This document shows, in pieces, positions 10,688-18,938 of a stretch of 64,000 nt of DNA. The translations under genes and the position numbers were made by a program. Each line of letters begins with the position of its first letter. Position 1 is the stretch's first letter. The stretch comes from Candidatus Kerfeldbacteria bacterium CG15_BIG_FIL_POST_REV_8_21_14_020_45_12 (GTDB taxonomy: Bacteria > Patescibacteriota > Patescibacteriia > UBA9570 > XYC2-FULL-38-9): contig PFGC01000041.1 in NCBI GenBank assembly GCA_002781785.1, positions 145 to 64,144 of the forward strand, read 5' to 3'. The notes beneath the pieces were generated by a model, which searched no databases, was not told the origin of the DNA, and worked only from the letters and a program-made list of their open reading frames with translations.

Positions 10688-11419
10688 ATGAACAAACTAG
10701 ACGAGATCGCACACTATTATAAAATTGAGGACGACTTTGACATGGTCTACATGCAACACAATTTTATTGTTGCACAGGATTATTTTGTGGGAGAAAAATT
10801 TCTTGAACTTGGTTGCGCCACAGGAGAGTCTACTCTAGCCTCAATGCACTTTGCCAAGCAAATAGACGTTGTTGAAGGATCACCTGTCAACATTGATATT
10901 ACAAAAAAGAAAGTTGAAGCTCAGAACATGCCGGCTGTTACGGTGAATTTTCAAGAGGCCTACTGGGAAGATTTTTCATTCGAAGAAAACAGTTATTCTG
11001 ACGTGCTATTTTTTAGAGGTTTGGAGCATCTTAAAGACCCAGCTCCTGTCATGAAAAACATCTTTAAGGCACTCAAGCCGGGTGGACGATGTCATATCGT
11101 CGTGCCAAACGCTAACTCACTTCATCGCAAGATTGGCGTAAATATGGGGTTATTAAAAGAAGTTCATGAATTGAACGATCGAGACAAAAGTGTTGGCCAC
11201 GAACGCGTCTTTGACCTTTATACCCTGCTTGAAACTGTAAAATCGTTTGACTTTGAAGTTGTTGACTGGCGCGGAGTCATGCTTAAAGTGTTATCAAACG
11301 GACAAATGCAAGAACTTTGTAAGGATAACGAAAACCTCATCAAAGGATTCTTTGAGGTCGGCAAGGAGCTGCCTGACAGGTGTGCCGAACTCTACATGGC
11401 AATCACTCCAAAGAAGTAA
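10688..11419 (+). CDS. Class I SAM-dependent methyltransferase
   Basis: Motif I LELGCATGEST and post-I acidic motif; LKPGGRCHIV motif. Confidence 0.65.
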   Translation: MNKLDEIAHYYKIEDDFDMVYMQHNFIVAQDYFVGEKFLELGCATGESTLASMHFAKQIDVVEGSPVNIDITKKKVEAQNMPAVTVNFQEAYWEDFSFEENSYSDVLFFRGLEHLKDPAPVMKNIFKALKPGGRCHIVVPNANSLHRKIGVNMGLLKEVHELNDRDKSVGHERVFDLYTLLETVKSFDFEVVDWRGVMLKVLSNGQMQELCKDNENLIKGFFEVGKELPDRCAELYMAITPKK

Positions 11420-11434
11420 TTAAGTCCTCGCGGC

Positions 11435-12157
11435 ATGATGAAGCTAATAAAAAATGGTTGGCGGAGAGTTGGAAATAGATTTGGCTCTTCAAATAAATAT
11501 TTCCTACAATCGCCTGCTGGCATGTTGCAACGTCAAGCCGTCTCAGCCGCTCTTAAGACCTACGCCAAAGGGGTCTTGCTCGACATCGGAGCTGGGCGCC
11601 AAGTCTATCGCAGCTTTCTGCCTGAAACAGTCACCTATCGTTCTCTAGATTTCGCGGACACCGAGGAAAACTATGAAAAAAACCGAGCTCTCGATATCAT
11701 CGGTGACGCGCAAAATATTCCACTCGATGACGAATCCATCGACACAGTTCTTTGTACTGAAGTCCTTGAACATCTACCTGAGCCACAACTGGCTGCCAAA
11801 GAAATAATTCGCCTGCTAAAACCAGGTGGTTATGCCATTGTCACGGTACCTTTTCTTGGTTACTACCACGATGAACCTTGGGATTATTACCGATTCACTA
11901 AGCACGGCCTCCAACAAATGTTGGTTACTGAATCAACTGAGCTTATCAGCGAGGCTGGCTTAGGTGGTTTATTTGTCTACCTTGGATATATCAGGTCTAC
12001 CATCTACTTAGGACTGGCCGTTTACATACCTGGCCTGTTTCAATTTGCTTTCTACACTAATATAATACTCTCTAAGCTCGATATCCTGCTGGACAAGCTA
12101 ACTGGCACCACAAGTCTTATGCCAGTCACAAATATTATTGTCGTGCGTAAACGCTGA
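11435..12157 (+). CDS. Class I SAM-dependent methyltransferase (type 11-like)
   Basis: LLDIGAGRQ motif I and LLKPGGYAIV. Confidence 0.65.
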   Translation: MMKLIKNGWRRVGNRFGSSNKYFLQSPAGMLQRQAVSAALKTYAKGVLLDIGAGRQVYRSFLPETVTYRSLDFADTEENYEKNRALDIIGDAQNIPLDDESIDTVLCTEVLEHLPEPQLAAKEIIRLLKPGGYAIVTVPFLGYYHDEPWDYYRFTKHGLQQMLVTESTELISEAGLGGLFVYLGYIRSTIYLGLAVYIPGLFQFAFYTNIILSKLDILLDKLTGTTSLMPVTNIIVVRKR

Positions 12158-12160
12158 TTT

Positions 12161-13069
12161 ATGAAGATACAATCAATTTTAGTCATCGGTGAGGAAAGTT
12201 TTCTAGGACAGCATCTAGTAGCTCGGTTGTTGTCAGAGAAATACAACATCGTGACAACTAGCAGAGAAAAAACATCACTACAGGGAACTGATCACATTAC
12301 GCTAGACCTAGGCAATCCAGATCTATCTTTTTTTCAGGGCCGTCACTTCGACGCCGTTATTCATTTAGCGGCCATCAGCAATCCGCGAATGTGCGACGAG
12401 ATGCCTGACCTGGCGCAACAAATCAACGTCACTGCCTTGCGTCAACTTGTCGAAACTCTTCAAGCTGACTCACAGCTAAAAACTTTTATCTATCCTTCTT
12501 CGGTAACTCTTGTAAAAGATGGACAAGAAATTATAGACGAGGATTCTGAGATCGACCCAGATAAAAATGTTTACACCAAGACAAAATACGAGGCAGAGAA
12601 GATCATCCAAACCGCCATTGCCGAGCATGATTTTCCAGCTACTATTTTGCGTTTTCCAAATATTTACGGACCTGGCCAGCCAGGAGGAGCCTATGCAACT
12701 TTTGTGCCTCAGGTCATTGAGCAAGCTCTAAACGATGAAAAAATAGAGATTTGGAACACTGACACTGTTCGCGACTGGGTGTATGTAGAAGATATTGTTG
12801 ACTTATTTGTCAAAACATTGAATGCTGTAACCTGCGGCCTATATCAAATTGGATCAGGACGCGGTACCTCAACAGGTGAAATAGCTGAAAATTTAGCCAA
12901 ACTAAGTGGAGTCGAGCTGACTTGCTTAAATAAATCTGGCACTGGACCTAAGCACATCATTACCAATCCAGCTAAAATTCAGCAGGCCACTGGTTGGACA
13001 GCAAACACACCAATCAACGAGGGCCTTAAGAAAACATTTGATTACTTCATATCTCATCCACAGTCATGA
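12161..13069 (+). CDS. Extended SDR reductase/epimerase, putative GDP-4-keto-6-deoxy-D-mannose reductase/epimerase partner of Gmd
   Basis: Degenerate Rossmann [12 protein letters not shown] and [10 protein letters not shown] (YxxxK). Its stop overlaps the gmd start by 4 nt. Confidence 0.55.
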   Translation: MKIQSILVIGEESFLGQHLVARLLSEKYNIVTTSREKTSLQGTDHITLDLGNPDLSFFQGRHFDAVIHLAAISNPRMCDEMPDLAQQINVTALRQLVETLQADSQLKTFIYPSSVTLVKDGQEIIDEDSEIDPDKNVYTKTKYEAEKIIQTAIAEHDFPATILRFPNIYGPGQPGGAYATFVPQVIEQALNDEKIEIWNTDTVRDWVYVEDIVDLFVKTLNAVTCGLYQIGSGRGTSTGEIAENLAKLSGVELTCLNKSGTGPKHIITNPAKIQQATGWTANTPINEGLKKTFDYFISHPQS

Positions 13070-14037
13070 AAACTGCACTAATTACCGGAATTACCGGACA
13101 AGACGGTTCCTATTTAGCCGAGCTTCTACTAGAAAAAGGCTATCGTGTTATTGGCATGGTTAGACGCTCTTCCGTTGAACGTTATGAACGACTTGAACAT
13201 ATTCAAGAAAATATTGAGCTAGTGCAAGGAGACCTGCTAGATCAATCATCCATGCAAGAACTTATCCAGGAATACAAACCAACCGAGGTGTACAACCTGG
13301 CCGCACAATCATTCGTGCCAACTTCCTGGCAACAACCAGTCTTAACTGGGGAATTCACCGCTCTTGGCGTTACCCGCATTCTGGAAGCTATTCGCCATGT
13401 CAATAAGGATATTAAATTCTACCAAGCCTCAAGCTCAGAAATGTTTGGCATGGTTCAAGAGGTTCCACAGACAGAAAAAACTCCCTTCTACCCACGTTCG
13501 CCTTATGGAGTTTCAAAACTTTATGGTCACTGGATTACAGTCAATTACCGTGAAAGTTATGACATGTTTGCTGTCAGTGGCATTCTATTTAATCACGAGT
13601 CTCCACGACGTGGACTTGAATTTGTCACCAGAAAAATCGCCTACAATGTAGCTAAAATTTCACTCGGCCTAGCTAAAACTCTTCCTTTAGGAAATTTAGA
13701 CGCAGAAAGAGACTGGGGTTTTGCTGGTGATTACGTTAAAGCCATGTGGCTCATGCTCCAACAAGAAAATCCAGAAGATTTTGTTATTGGAACTGGAGAA
13801 ACTCACTCAGTTCGAGAGTTCTGTAAAATTGCTTTCAATCACATAGGAAAAAACTACGAAGACTTTGTAACTGTCGACGAGCGATTTATGCGTCCAGCTG
13901 AAGTAGATCAACTCTTAGGCGATGCCAGCAAAGCTAAGAAAATTCTTAACTGGGAACCTGAGGTATCTTTTGAAAAACTGGTCACCATGATGGTTGAGTC
14001 TGACATTGAGTTTTTAAAAAAAGTTAAAAAGTCCTAA
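13066..14037 (+). CDS. gmd: GDP-mannose 4,6-dehydratase
   Basis: Diagnostic N-terminus [26 protein letters not shown], then SSEMFG and [10 protein letters not shown], along the whole length. Confidence 0.9.
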   Translation: MKTALITGITGQDGSYLAELLLEKGYRVIGMVRRSSVERYERLEHIQENIELVQGDLLDQSSMQELIQEYKPTEVYNLAAQSFVPTSWQQPVLTGEFTALGVTRILEAIRHVNKDIKFYQASSSEMFGMVQEVPQTEKTPFYPRSPYGVSKLYGHWITVNYRESYDMFAVSGILFNHESPRRGLEFVTRKIAYNVAKISLGLAKTLPLGNLDAERDWGFAGDYVKAMWLMLQQENPEDFVIGTGETHSVREFCKIAFNHIGKNYEDFVTVDERFMRPAEVDQLLGDASKAKKILNWEPEVSFEKLVTMMVESDIEFLKKVKKS

Positions 14038-15152
14038 TGGACCAGAGTCGTCCTAAACGAGTAGCTTTTTTTGCCAGAGCCCTGACTCAAGGTGGAGTTA
14101 CTCGTTTTTTGGTAAACCTATTTCACAATCTCCAAAGTGACACCAACATAGAATACATTCTATTTACCGACGACGAATCATTAGTTGAAACCTTTCCAGG
14201 AATGACTGTAGTGGTTGTTAAATCCAAACACAAACTACTGTGGGATTATTTCGCCTCATTAAAAGCAGCTAAAAAATACAACGTCGACATTGTATTTTAC
14301 ACCAAGAACATCGTGCCTTTTAGTCATTTCCGACTACCAGCCAAGAAGGTTATTTTTGTATATGACCTAGGGTATTACGAAAAAACCATACAAGCCTATC
14401 CTTTTATGGATACGTTATATATGAAAATGCATTTTCCATTTTCGGTCAGACAAGCCCACGCTATTCTGCCTATCTCTAGCTACACTAAAGATGACCTTAT
14501 CGCCAAACTTAAAGCTGATCCCAAAAAAATAACAGTCATGCTACTAGCGGCGGAAGACTGGTACCAGCACAATGACGACTCAAATAAGATTTCAGCAGTT
14601 AAAGATAAATATAAAATATCTTCACCTTTTTTGTTCTATTGCGGAAACCTCAGTGAGCGTAAAAATCTTCGCCGGGTGATTGAAGCTTTTAATCAAATTA
14701 AAGATCAGATTCCTGATCATAATCTATACTTTGCTGGACCAAAAACTCTCGGCAGTGAAGCAGACTTAGAGCTGGCTAGCACTCTACTCGGTGATCGCTT
14801 TAAACACATTGGCTTTGCCGATGAGGCTGATATGCCTGCGCTATATTCAGCAGCAGACGTCTATCTCTTTCCATCTCTCTACGAAGGCTTTGGCCTACCA
14901 ATACTTGAGGCCAATGCCTGTGGCTGCCCAGTGCTAACCTCTAACGCCACTAGCTGTCCAGAAATTGCTGGTACTGGAGCGCACATTGTTGACCCTCTGT
15001 CCGTTTCCGAAATCGCTGATGGTATTTTAAAAATTACCACAAACTCCACCTACAAAGATGAGCTAGTGCAACGCGGATATGACAATGTTAAAAACTACAA
15101 CTGGAAAAAAACGGCTCAAGTAGTTAAAGGCGTTATCACAGACTTATTGTAA
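14037..15152 (+). CDS. Glycosyltransferase family 4
   Basis: FPSLYEGFGLPILEANACGCPVLTSN (E-x7-E). Confidence 0.8.
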   Translation: MDQSRPKRVAFFARALTQGGVTRFLVNLFHNLQSDTNIEYILFTDDESLVETFPGMTVVVVKSKHKLLWDYFASLKAAKKYNVDIVFYTKNIVPFSHFRLPAKKVIFVYDLGYYEKTIQAYPFMDTLYMKMHFPFSVRQAHAILPISSYTKDDLIAKLKADPKKITVMLLAAEDWYQHNDDSNKISAVKDKYKISSPFLFYCGNLSERKNLRRVIEAFNQIKDQIPDHNLYFAGPKTLGSEADLELASTLLGDRFKHIGFADEADMPALYSAADVYLFPSLYEGFGLPILEANACGCPVLTSNATSCPEIAGTGAHIVDPLSVSEIADGILKITTNSTYKDELVQRGYDNVKNYNWKKTAQVVKGVITDLL

Positions 15153-15161
15153 GATAGACCA

Positions 15162-15809
15162 ATGAAAACTGTAGCCATTTTTGATTTCTGCGACACCATT
15201 GTCGGACTGCAATCAGCTGATCGCTTTATTGAATTTGTCTCAGCCACGCGACCAACTCGACTAGCTGGCACCATTGACCTAATCTGGAGACCACTAAAAA
15301 AGAGACACCTCATGCCAAACTGGATTGGCAAGAGAATGATAGCTCTAAAATTGAGAGGACTGCCTGAAAAAGATATGCCTGCCATTGTTAATAAATATGT
15401 CGAAGAAATTCTTATCCCAGCTCAACACCCAGGAATTATCGCTAAACTTCAAGCTCACCTAGATAAAGGCGATCAAGTAATTATCGCATCAGCTGGCTAC
15501 TCACCATATATTAAAGAATTCGCCAGACGTCTTGGGATAACACACATAGCCGCTACCGACCTTAAGATAAAACGAGGACTCTATTCTGGTCGCTTTGACG
15601 GTTTAAACTGTTACGGTAAAAATAAAATTATAAAACTAAAAAATCTACTTGAATTATCAGAAATAAACAAAGCAGACTCACATGTCTACTCAGATGATTT
15701 AAGTGACAAGCCACTTTTTGACCTAGTCAACCACAAGCACTTAGTTATTTCAGAGCGTCAAAATAAAACGGAAGTGCCAGACGGTTACCAAGTCCTCCGC
15801 CTATTCTAA
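15162..15809 (+). CDS. HAD-IB-like hydrolase (phosphoserine-phosphatase-like), variant motif I
   Basis: VAIFDFCDTIV resembles the HAD motif IFDFDGT, but the second Asp is replaced by Cys. Motif IV-like YSDDLSDKPL. Confidence 0.5.
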   Translation: MKTVAIFDFCDTIVGLQSADRFIEFVSATRPTRLAGTIDLIWRPLKKRHLMPNWIGKRMIALKLRGLPEKDMPAIVNKYVEEILIPAQHPGIIAKLQAHLDKGDQVIIASAGYSPYIKEFARRLGITHIAATDLKIKRGLYSGRFDGLNCYGKNKIIKLKNLLELSEINKADSHVYSDDLSDKPLFDLVNHKHLVISERQNKTEVPDGYQVLRLF

Positions 15810-16981
15810 TTGGAAGATCCGACAACCGCTTTTACCGCCTCAATTATCTTGGCGTTTTCAACTTCAGTTCGACAAGCTATTCGCACAAACGCGCCTTTTT
15901 CTAGACCAATTTTGTCAGTACAAGTTCTAACATACACACCGAATCTCGAGAGCATAGCGATAAAAAAATCATCAGCAGACATGCCATTTTCAATCTCACA
16001 TAGGTAGAAATTTGCCTGACTAGGATACACCCTAATTCCATTAATAGCTCCGAGCTCTTCACCGAACTTTTTCATTTCATTAATATACCGTTGTCGGACT
16101 TGACCATATTTATTTTGAAAATCTTCCTGCGCATACAGTCTGAAAAAGTATTCAGCCAGACCCGATGAATTCCACAAGTATCCATTCTCCAGCAACTCAG
16201 CCACGCGGTCGCTGGACAAGATTCCATAACCAGCTCGAACACCGGCAATGCCAAAGTCTTTCGACATACTCTTTATCACAACCAGGTTAGGATACTTGGA
16301 TATTAACTTTCCCACAGATGGAATGGTATCATCACCTTCGGACGCAAAGTGGATAAAACTCTCATCAATTATCACTACACTTAGATCCTGTAATTCCTCT
16401 AGCAACTCTCCCACCTGAACCTGCGTTAAGTAAGTACCAGTCGGATTGTTTGGATTTATTAAAATAGCGGCCCCAGCCCCGTTCTCCCTAACAAACTTTA
16501 CATAGTCTGAGACGTCTAACGCAAAATCATTTTCCTTACTAAGTTCGTAAAACACCGGCTTAACTCCTTCCGGTGCAAATTCATAGTACGAAGAAAAAGT
16601 TGGAATACTCAATACCACCGATCCACGAACAAACCTATGTAGAACAGCTTGAATAATTTCAATGGCACCGTTGGCTACAAATATATTTTTAGAATCAACT
16701 CCAAGTTGGGGACCAATCACCTCAGCTAGCCCACTATTATGAGTTGGATAAAATTCCAAAACGTCGCGCAATTTTCCGGTGTCAATCAAATCTTCTTGCA
16801 TGGATTGCATAAACAAATCCGTCGCATATGGATTTGATAAAAAACAGGCGTCCACTGAAATTTCCAGTTCTGGTATCTTGGAACGAATTGAGGCGATGCT
16901 AGGAGAGTGGGTTCCAGCTCCCTTTTTCATCTCTAATAACTTATTTTCAATAAAATGTGGTGAAGTTTCGCTCATAAACAA
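15806..16981 (-). CDS. PLP-dependent aminotransferase class I/II (HisC / CobD threonine-phosphate-decarboxylase-like)
   Basis: PLP-lysine region KSMSKDFGIAGVRAGYG and the NPNNPTG motif (INPNNPTGTY). Confidence 0.75.
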   Translation of the reverse strand: MFMSETSPHFIENKLLEMKKGAGTHSPSIASIRSKIPELEISVDACFLSNPYATDLFMQSMQEDLIDTGKLRDVLEFYPTHNSGLAEVIGPQLGVDSKNIFVANGAIEIIQAVLHRFVRGSVVLSIPTFSSYYEFAPEGVKPVFYELSKENDFALDVSDYVKFVRENGAGAAILINPNNPTGTYLTQVQVGELLEELQDLSVVIIDESFIHFASEGDDTIPSVGKLISKYPNLVVIKSMSKDFGIAGVRAGYGILSSDRVAELLENGYLWNSSGLAEYFFRLYAQEDFQNKYGQVRQRYINEMKKFGEELGAINGIRVYPSQANFYLCEIENGMSADDFFIAMLSRFGVYVRTCTDKIGLEKGAFVRIACRTEVENAKIIEAVKAVVGSSN

Positions 16982-16982
16982 A

Positions 16983-18818
16983 TTACGTCAATTTATCTAA
17001 TGGAACATTAGCCTCTGGCAAACACTGTATCACGGGTAGATGGTGTTCTCCAAAAACATGTTTAGTTGTCTTATATGGAAATAACTGCCCACGACCTGCG
17101 TAATCAAGAACCATTTGTTTAGTTAAATTATCGTCCCGAAATGGCTCTAAATGAATCAGTGTGCTCATATAATCAACTGTAACAGCCGGCAATCTTTTTA
17201 GCCCTAACCTTTGGGCCACTCGGTAACGATGATGGCCGTCCAGGATGGTGTGCGTCTTGGCGTCGACAAGTAATGGCTTCTTAACTAAATTATCAGCAGA
17301 AACCTCTTCAGCTAACTGTACAACGTAATCTTCATCAACTTCCTCATGAGCCTTTAGTGAAGCTACGTCTAGGATCTCAATCGGCGACTCCCGCAAGACA
17401 GTATCCCTATTTGCATTTAACTCATAAGGCACCTCAGAAATTGTATGTCGAAGCTTACCACCTTTTCCAGGCACAATACTCTGCACAACCTCCCAGTGAA
17501 CAGTTCCTCCTCGCACAAATTGTTTTACTTGATCATGCAATTCGCTCAAATCAGCCTCTGGATATTCAAGAACCACATTTACTCTAAACAAATCAAGATC
17601 TTCTTGAATTACCTGAAACTGTCTAATCTTATCTTCAAACTCACGAAATAACTTAAACCAAAGATGAGTTACCAAAACCGTACCATCCTGCAATGGCATA
17701 AGATCGTTTATCCTGCCTTCTATAGAACGAAACATAGGCAAGCTCCTGCCACACTCACACTGCGCAGTGGGGTCCTCAGCAATTCCCCGATCACCTACCT
17801 TATACCTAATAAATGGCAGGGCCCGATCAGTGAAATCAGTATAAACAATATCTCCCAACACTCCCGATGGCGCAGTTGTTCCATCAGGCATAACTACTTC
17901 ACCATACGCCTTGTCGGACATAATATGCATCCCCTTCTTCGCACACTCGTGCGCCATAAGACCTATCTCGGTTCCACCGTAACGGTTGTAAACCGGACAC
18001 TGAAAGGCCTTTTCAATCAACTCTCGAGACTCGTTCGATAAATACTCAGCTCCTGTCACAATCGACTCTGGGCTGTATGCTTCAATTTTATGGTCAATAA
18101 TATATTGAGCCATGTAAACAAATGAACTAACATAGCCGTCAATTACAGCTGGCTTAAATTTATTCAGCTGAAGCAGGAATTGATCGACCCTCTCTGGCGA
18201 TAACACGCTATTTTCTGGATCTTCCACGTTATAAATTGATAACTCCAAACGCCTCCCAAACACATTTTGCAATAAGGTGCTTTTAGCATCCTTAGTACCA
18301 GTCCGCCAAAAACGAGCATTACGCGCGCCAAGAAAGTGCCCATACCACTCAATCGTCCGTAAAAATCCTCCCATGCGCTCAGCCTTGCCATCTTCGTTAA
18401 TCGGAAATATAAACGGCACTCCCGATGAACCAGTGGTCTTAAGCATGACAATTTTTTCCTCTGAACTTCCAACCTCACCCGCTTTCAGAGCATCCTTTAG
18501 CTCCTCTTTAGTAGTCAATGGAAACTTTTGAATGTCTTCTAAAGATTTAAGATCACTAGGCTTAACTCCCGCTTTAGTAAATTTATTTTTGTAAAAAACC
18601 GTATGCTCATAGGCAAACGTAACTATCTCTTGCAGTCTCTTTAACTCCAAATCTCTTAAAGCCGCCTGATCATACCACTGTGTCTTATCATAAAACCTAT
18701 AGTATTTGTATACTCTAGGCTGGCCCAAACGCAGAGCCGCTAAAAAAAACTTGTGTGTCAGGTCACCTTTTTTCATATATTGCGCCCTAAAGCTACCACA
18801 TTTACCCAACTGGCTCAA
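16983..18818 (-). CDS. CapK-like adenylate-forming enzyme (phenylacetate-CoA-ligase/F390-synthetase family) fused to a C-terminal ParB/Srx-like domain
   Basis: N-terminal region carries the AMP-binding motif KTTGSSGVPFIF. The C-terminal ~110 aa carries KKPLLVDAKTHTILDGHHRYRVAQRLGLKRLPAVTVDY, which matches the ParB/sulfiredoxin core (P-x-V-x..DGHHR..A...LGL..vP..V). The true start is probably the internal MKKGDL. Confidence 0.65.
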   Translation of the reverse strand: MSQLGKCGSFRAQYMKKGDLTHKFFLAALRLGQPRVYKYYRFYDKTQWYDQAALRDLELKRLQEIVTFAYEHTVFYKNKFTKAGVKPSDLKSLEDIQKFPLTTKEELKDALKAGEVGSSEEKIVMLKTTGSSGVPFIFPINEDGKAERMGGFLRTIEWYGHFLGARNARFWRTGTKDAKSTLLQNVFGRRLELSIYNVEDPENSVLSPERVDQFLLQLNKFKPAVIDGYVSSFVYMAQYIIDHKIEAYSPESIVTGAEYLSNESRELIEKAFQCPVYNRYGGTEIGLMAHECAKKGMHIMSDKAYGEVVMPDGTTAPSGVLGDIVYTDFTDRALPFIRYKVGDRGIAEDPTAQCECGRSLPMFRSIEGRINDLMPLQDGTVLVTHLWFKLFREFEDKIRQFQVIQEDLDLFRVNVVLEYPEADLSELHDQVKQFVRGGTVHWEVVQSIVPGKGGKLRHTISEVPYELNANRDTVLRESPIEILDVASLKAHEEVDEDYVVQLAEEVSADNLVKKPLLVDAKTHTILDGHHRYRVAQRLGLKRLPAVTVDYMSTLIHLEPFRDDNLTKQMVLDYAGRGQLFPYKTTKHVFGEHHLPVIQCLPEANVPLDKLT

Positions 18819-18888
18819 GTCAAATCAAGCCAATCTTACAGCAACTCAAAAGTTCACATGCAAGCCGTCACGTTCATTCTAATATTAG

Positions 18889-18918
18889 TTGTAATCCACC
18901 GATGATTTATGTTATAAT
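18889..18918 (+). promoter_or_regulatory. Sigma70-like promoter for the 18939-24609 operon
   Basis: TTGTAA (18889-18894), 18-nt spacer, consensus TATAAT (18913-18918). Lies about 20 nt upstream of the ATG at 18939. Confidence 0.4.
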
Positions 18919-18938
18919 CCCCGCCAAGTATAGACGGA

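Noticed and set aside
17357-18041. Several 60-125-aa plus-strand ORFs inside the CapK-like gene
   Set aside because: They lie antisense within a long, motif-supported minus-strand CDS. Their composition (for example runs of Leu/Ser/His/Lys) is typical of antisense noise.
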